IMG/VR virus record: IMGVR_UViG_3300033067_001054 | Coordinates: 1-36,022 of that record | Strand: one strand, 5' to 3' | Length of the DNA stretch: 36,022 bases | From: a virus | Lineage: Duplodnaviria > Caudoviricetes | Part shown: positions 35,643-36,022 of the stretch, piece after piece | Layout of the letters: every line of letters begins with the position of its first letter | Position numbering within the stretch: position 1 is the first letter of the stretch | Notes under the pieces: generated by a model | Told to the model about the DNA's origin: nothing | Databases searched by the model: none | The model's input: the letters and a program-made list of their open reading frames with translations, nothing else | Position numbers and translations under genes: made by a program

Positions 35643-36022
35643 ATGAGCGAGCGGCCTTTCATGCAGTTGTACGTCTCCGATTTCATTGGGGACACGCTGT
35701 CGCTCAGCACCGAGCAGATCGGCGCTTACATGCTGTTGCTCATGGCGATGTGGAACGCCAAGGGCAAGCTGCCCGACGACGACGCCAAGCTCGCCAGGAT
35801 CGTCCGCATGTCCCTCAAGAAGTGGAAGGCCATTTCGCCAGAGGTACTGGCTTACTTTGACCGCGAGGCAGGGGATATTTCGCATAATCGTCTGACGTTT
35901 GAGCTTCAAAAAAGCGAGCGTCAAAGTGAATCGAGGAGTGCCGCCGGGGCAAAGGGTGGCGCCGCTAACGCATTGAAAAACAACAAGCCGAACGTAGCAA
36001 ATGCTACAGCAAAGCCAGTAGC
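35643..36022 (+). CDS. YdaU/DUF1376-family replication initiator (truncated by the window end)
   Basis: Hand translation MSERPFMQLYVSDFIGDTLSLSTEQIGAYMLLLMAMW..GKLPDDDAKLARI; open to the end. Confidence 0.9.
   Translation, partial: MSERPFMQLYVSDFIGDTLSLSTEQIGAYMLLLMAMWNAKGKLPDDDAKLARIVRMSLKKWKAISPEVLAYFDREAGDISHNRLTFELQKSERQSESRSAAGAKGGAANALKNNKPNVANATAKPV

Larger units (their letters stand above)
1..36022. mobile_element. Temperate-type siphovirus genome or prophage (partial), probably alphaproteobacterial host
   Basis: Canonical order terminase-portal-protease-capsid-connectors-tail-lysis, then divergent cI/cro, Bet recombinase and replication initiator; no host housekeeping genes. Confidence 0.97.

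Overview
The window is about 36 kb of a GC-rich, temperate-type tailed phage (HK97-like head, long non-contractile tail). The host is most likely alphaproteobacterial, given a GapR/DUF2312 gene, a CtrA-type box and GTA-like tail genes. It opens just upstream of the terminase and runs through head, tail and lysis genes (+ strand, 68-20479). It continues with a leftward early and recombination operon (20418-25285), a cI/cro switch with four visible operators, and a rightward early operon that ends in a truncated YdaU-type replication initiator. No integrase is seen. The most striking feature is at 31620-35010: four paralogous beta-class DNA methyltransferase genes with conserved 5' and 3' arms around unrelated central regions. 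Two of them are bracketed by copies of an 18-bp core (AATCACCATCATCGGAGG), placed so that excision would restore the upstream gene's stop and translational coupling, and mini-ORFs bridge the junctions. This looks like a modular, exchangeable methyltransferase cassette array. In total about eight DNA MTase-like genes are present. Other points of interest are a methyltransferase-glycosyltransferase fusion in the head module, a PLA2-like gene in the tail tip, an apparent +1/-2 tail chaperone frameshift, a second repeat-bracketed cassette (24013-24714), a hairpin-dense non-coding region and a perfect CtrA box before the replication gene. All family calls come from motif recognition by eye; no database search was run.
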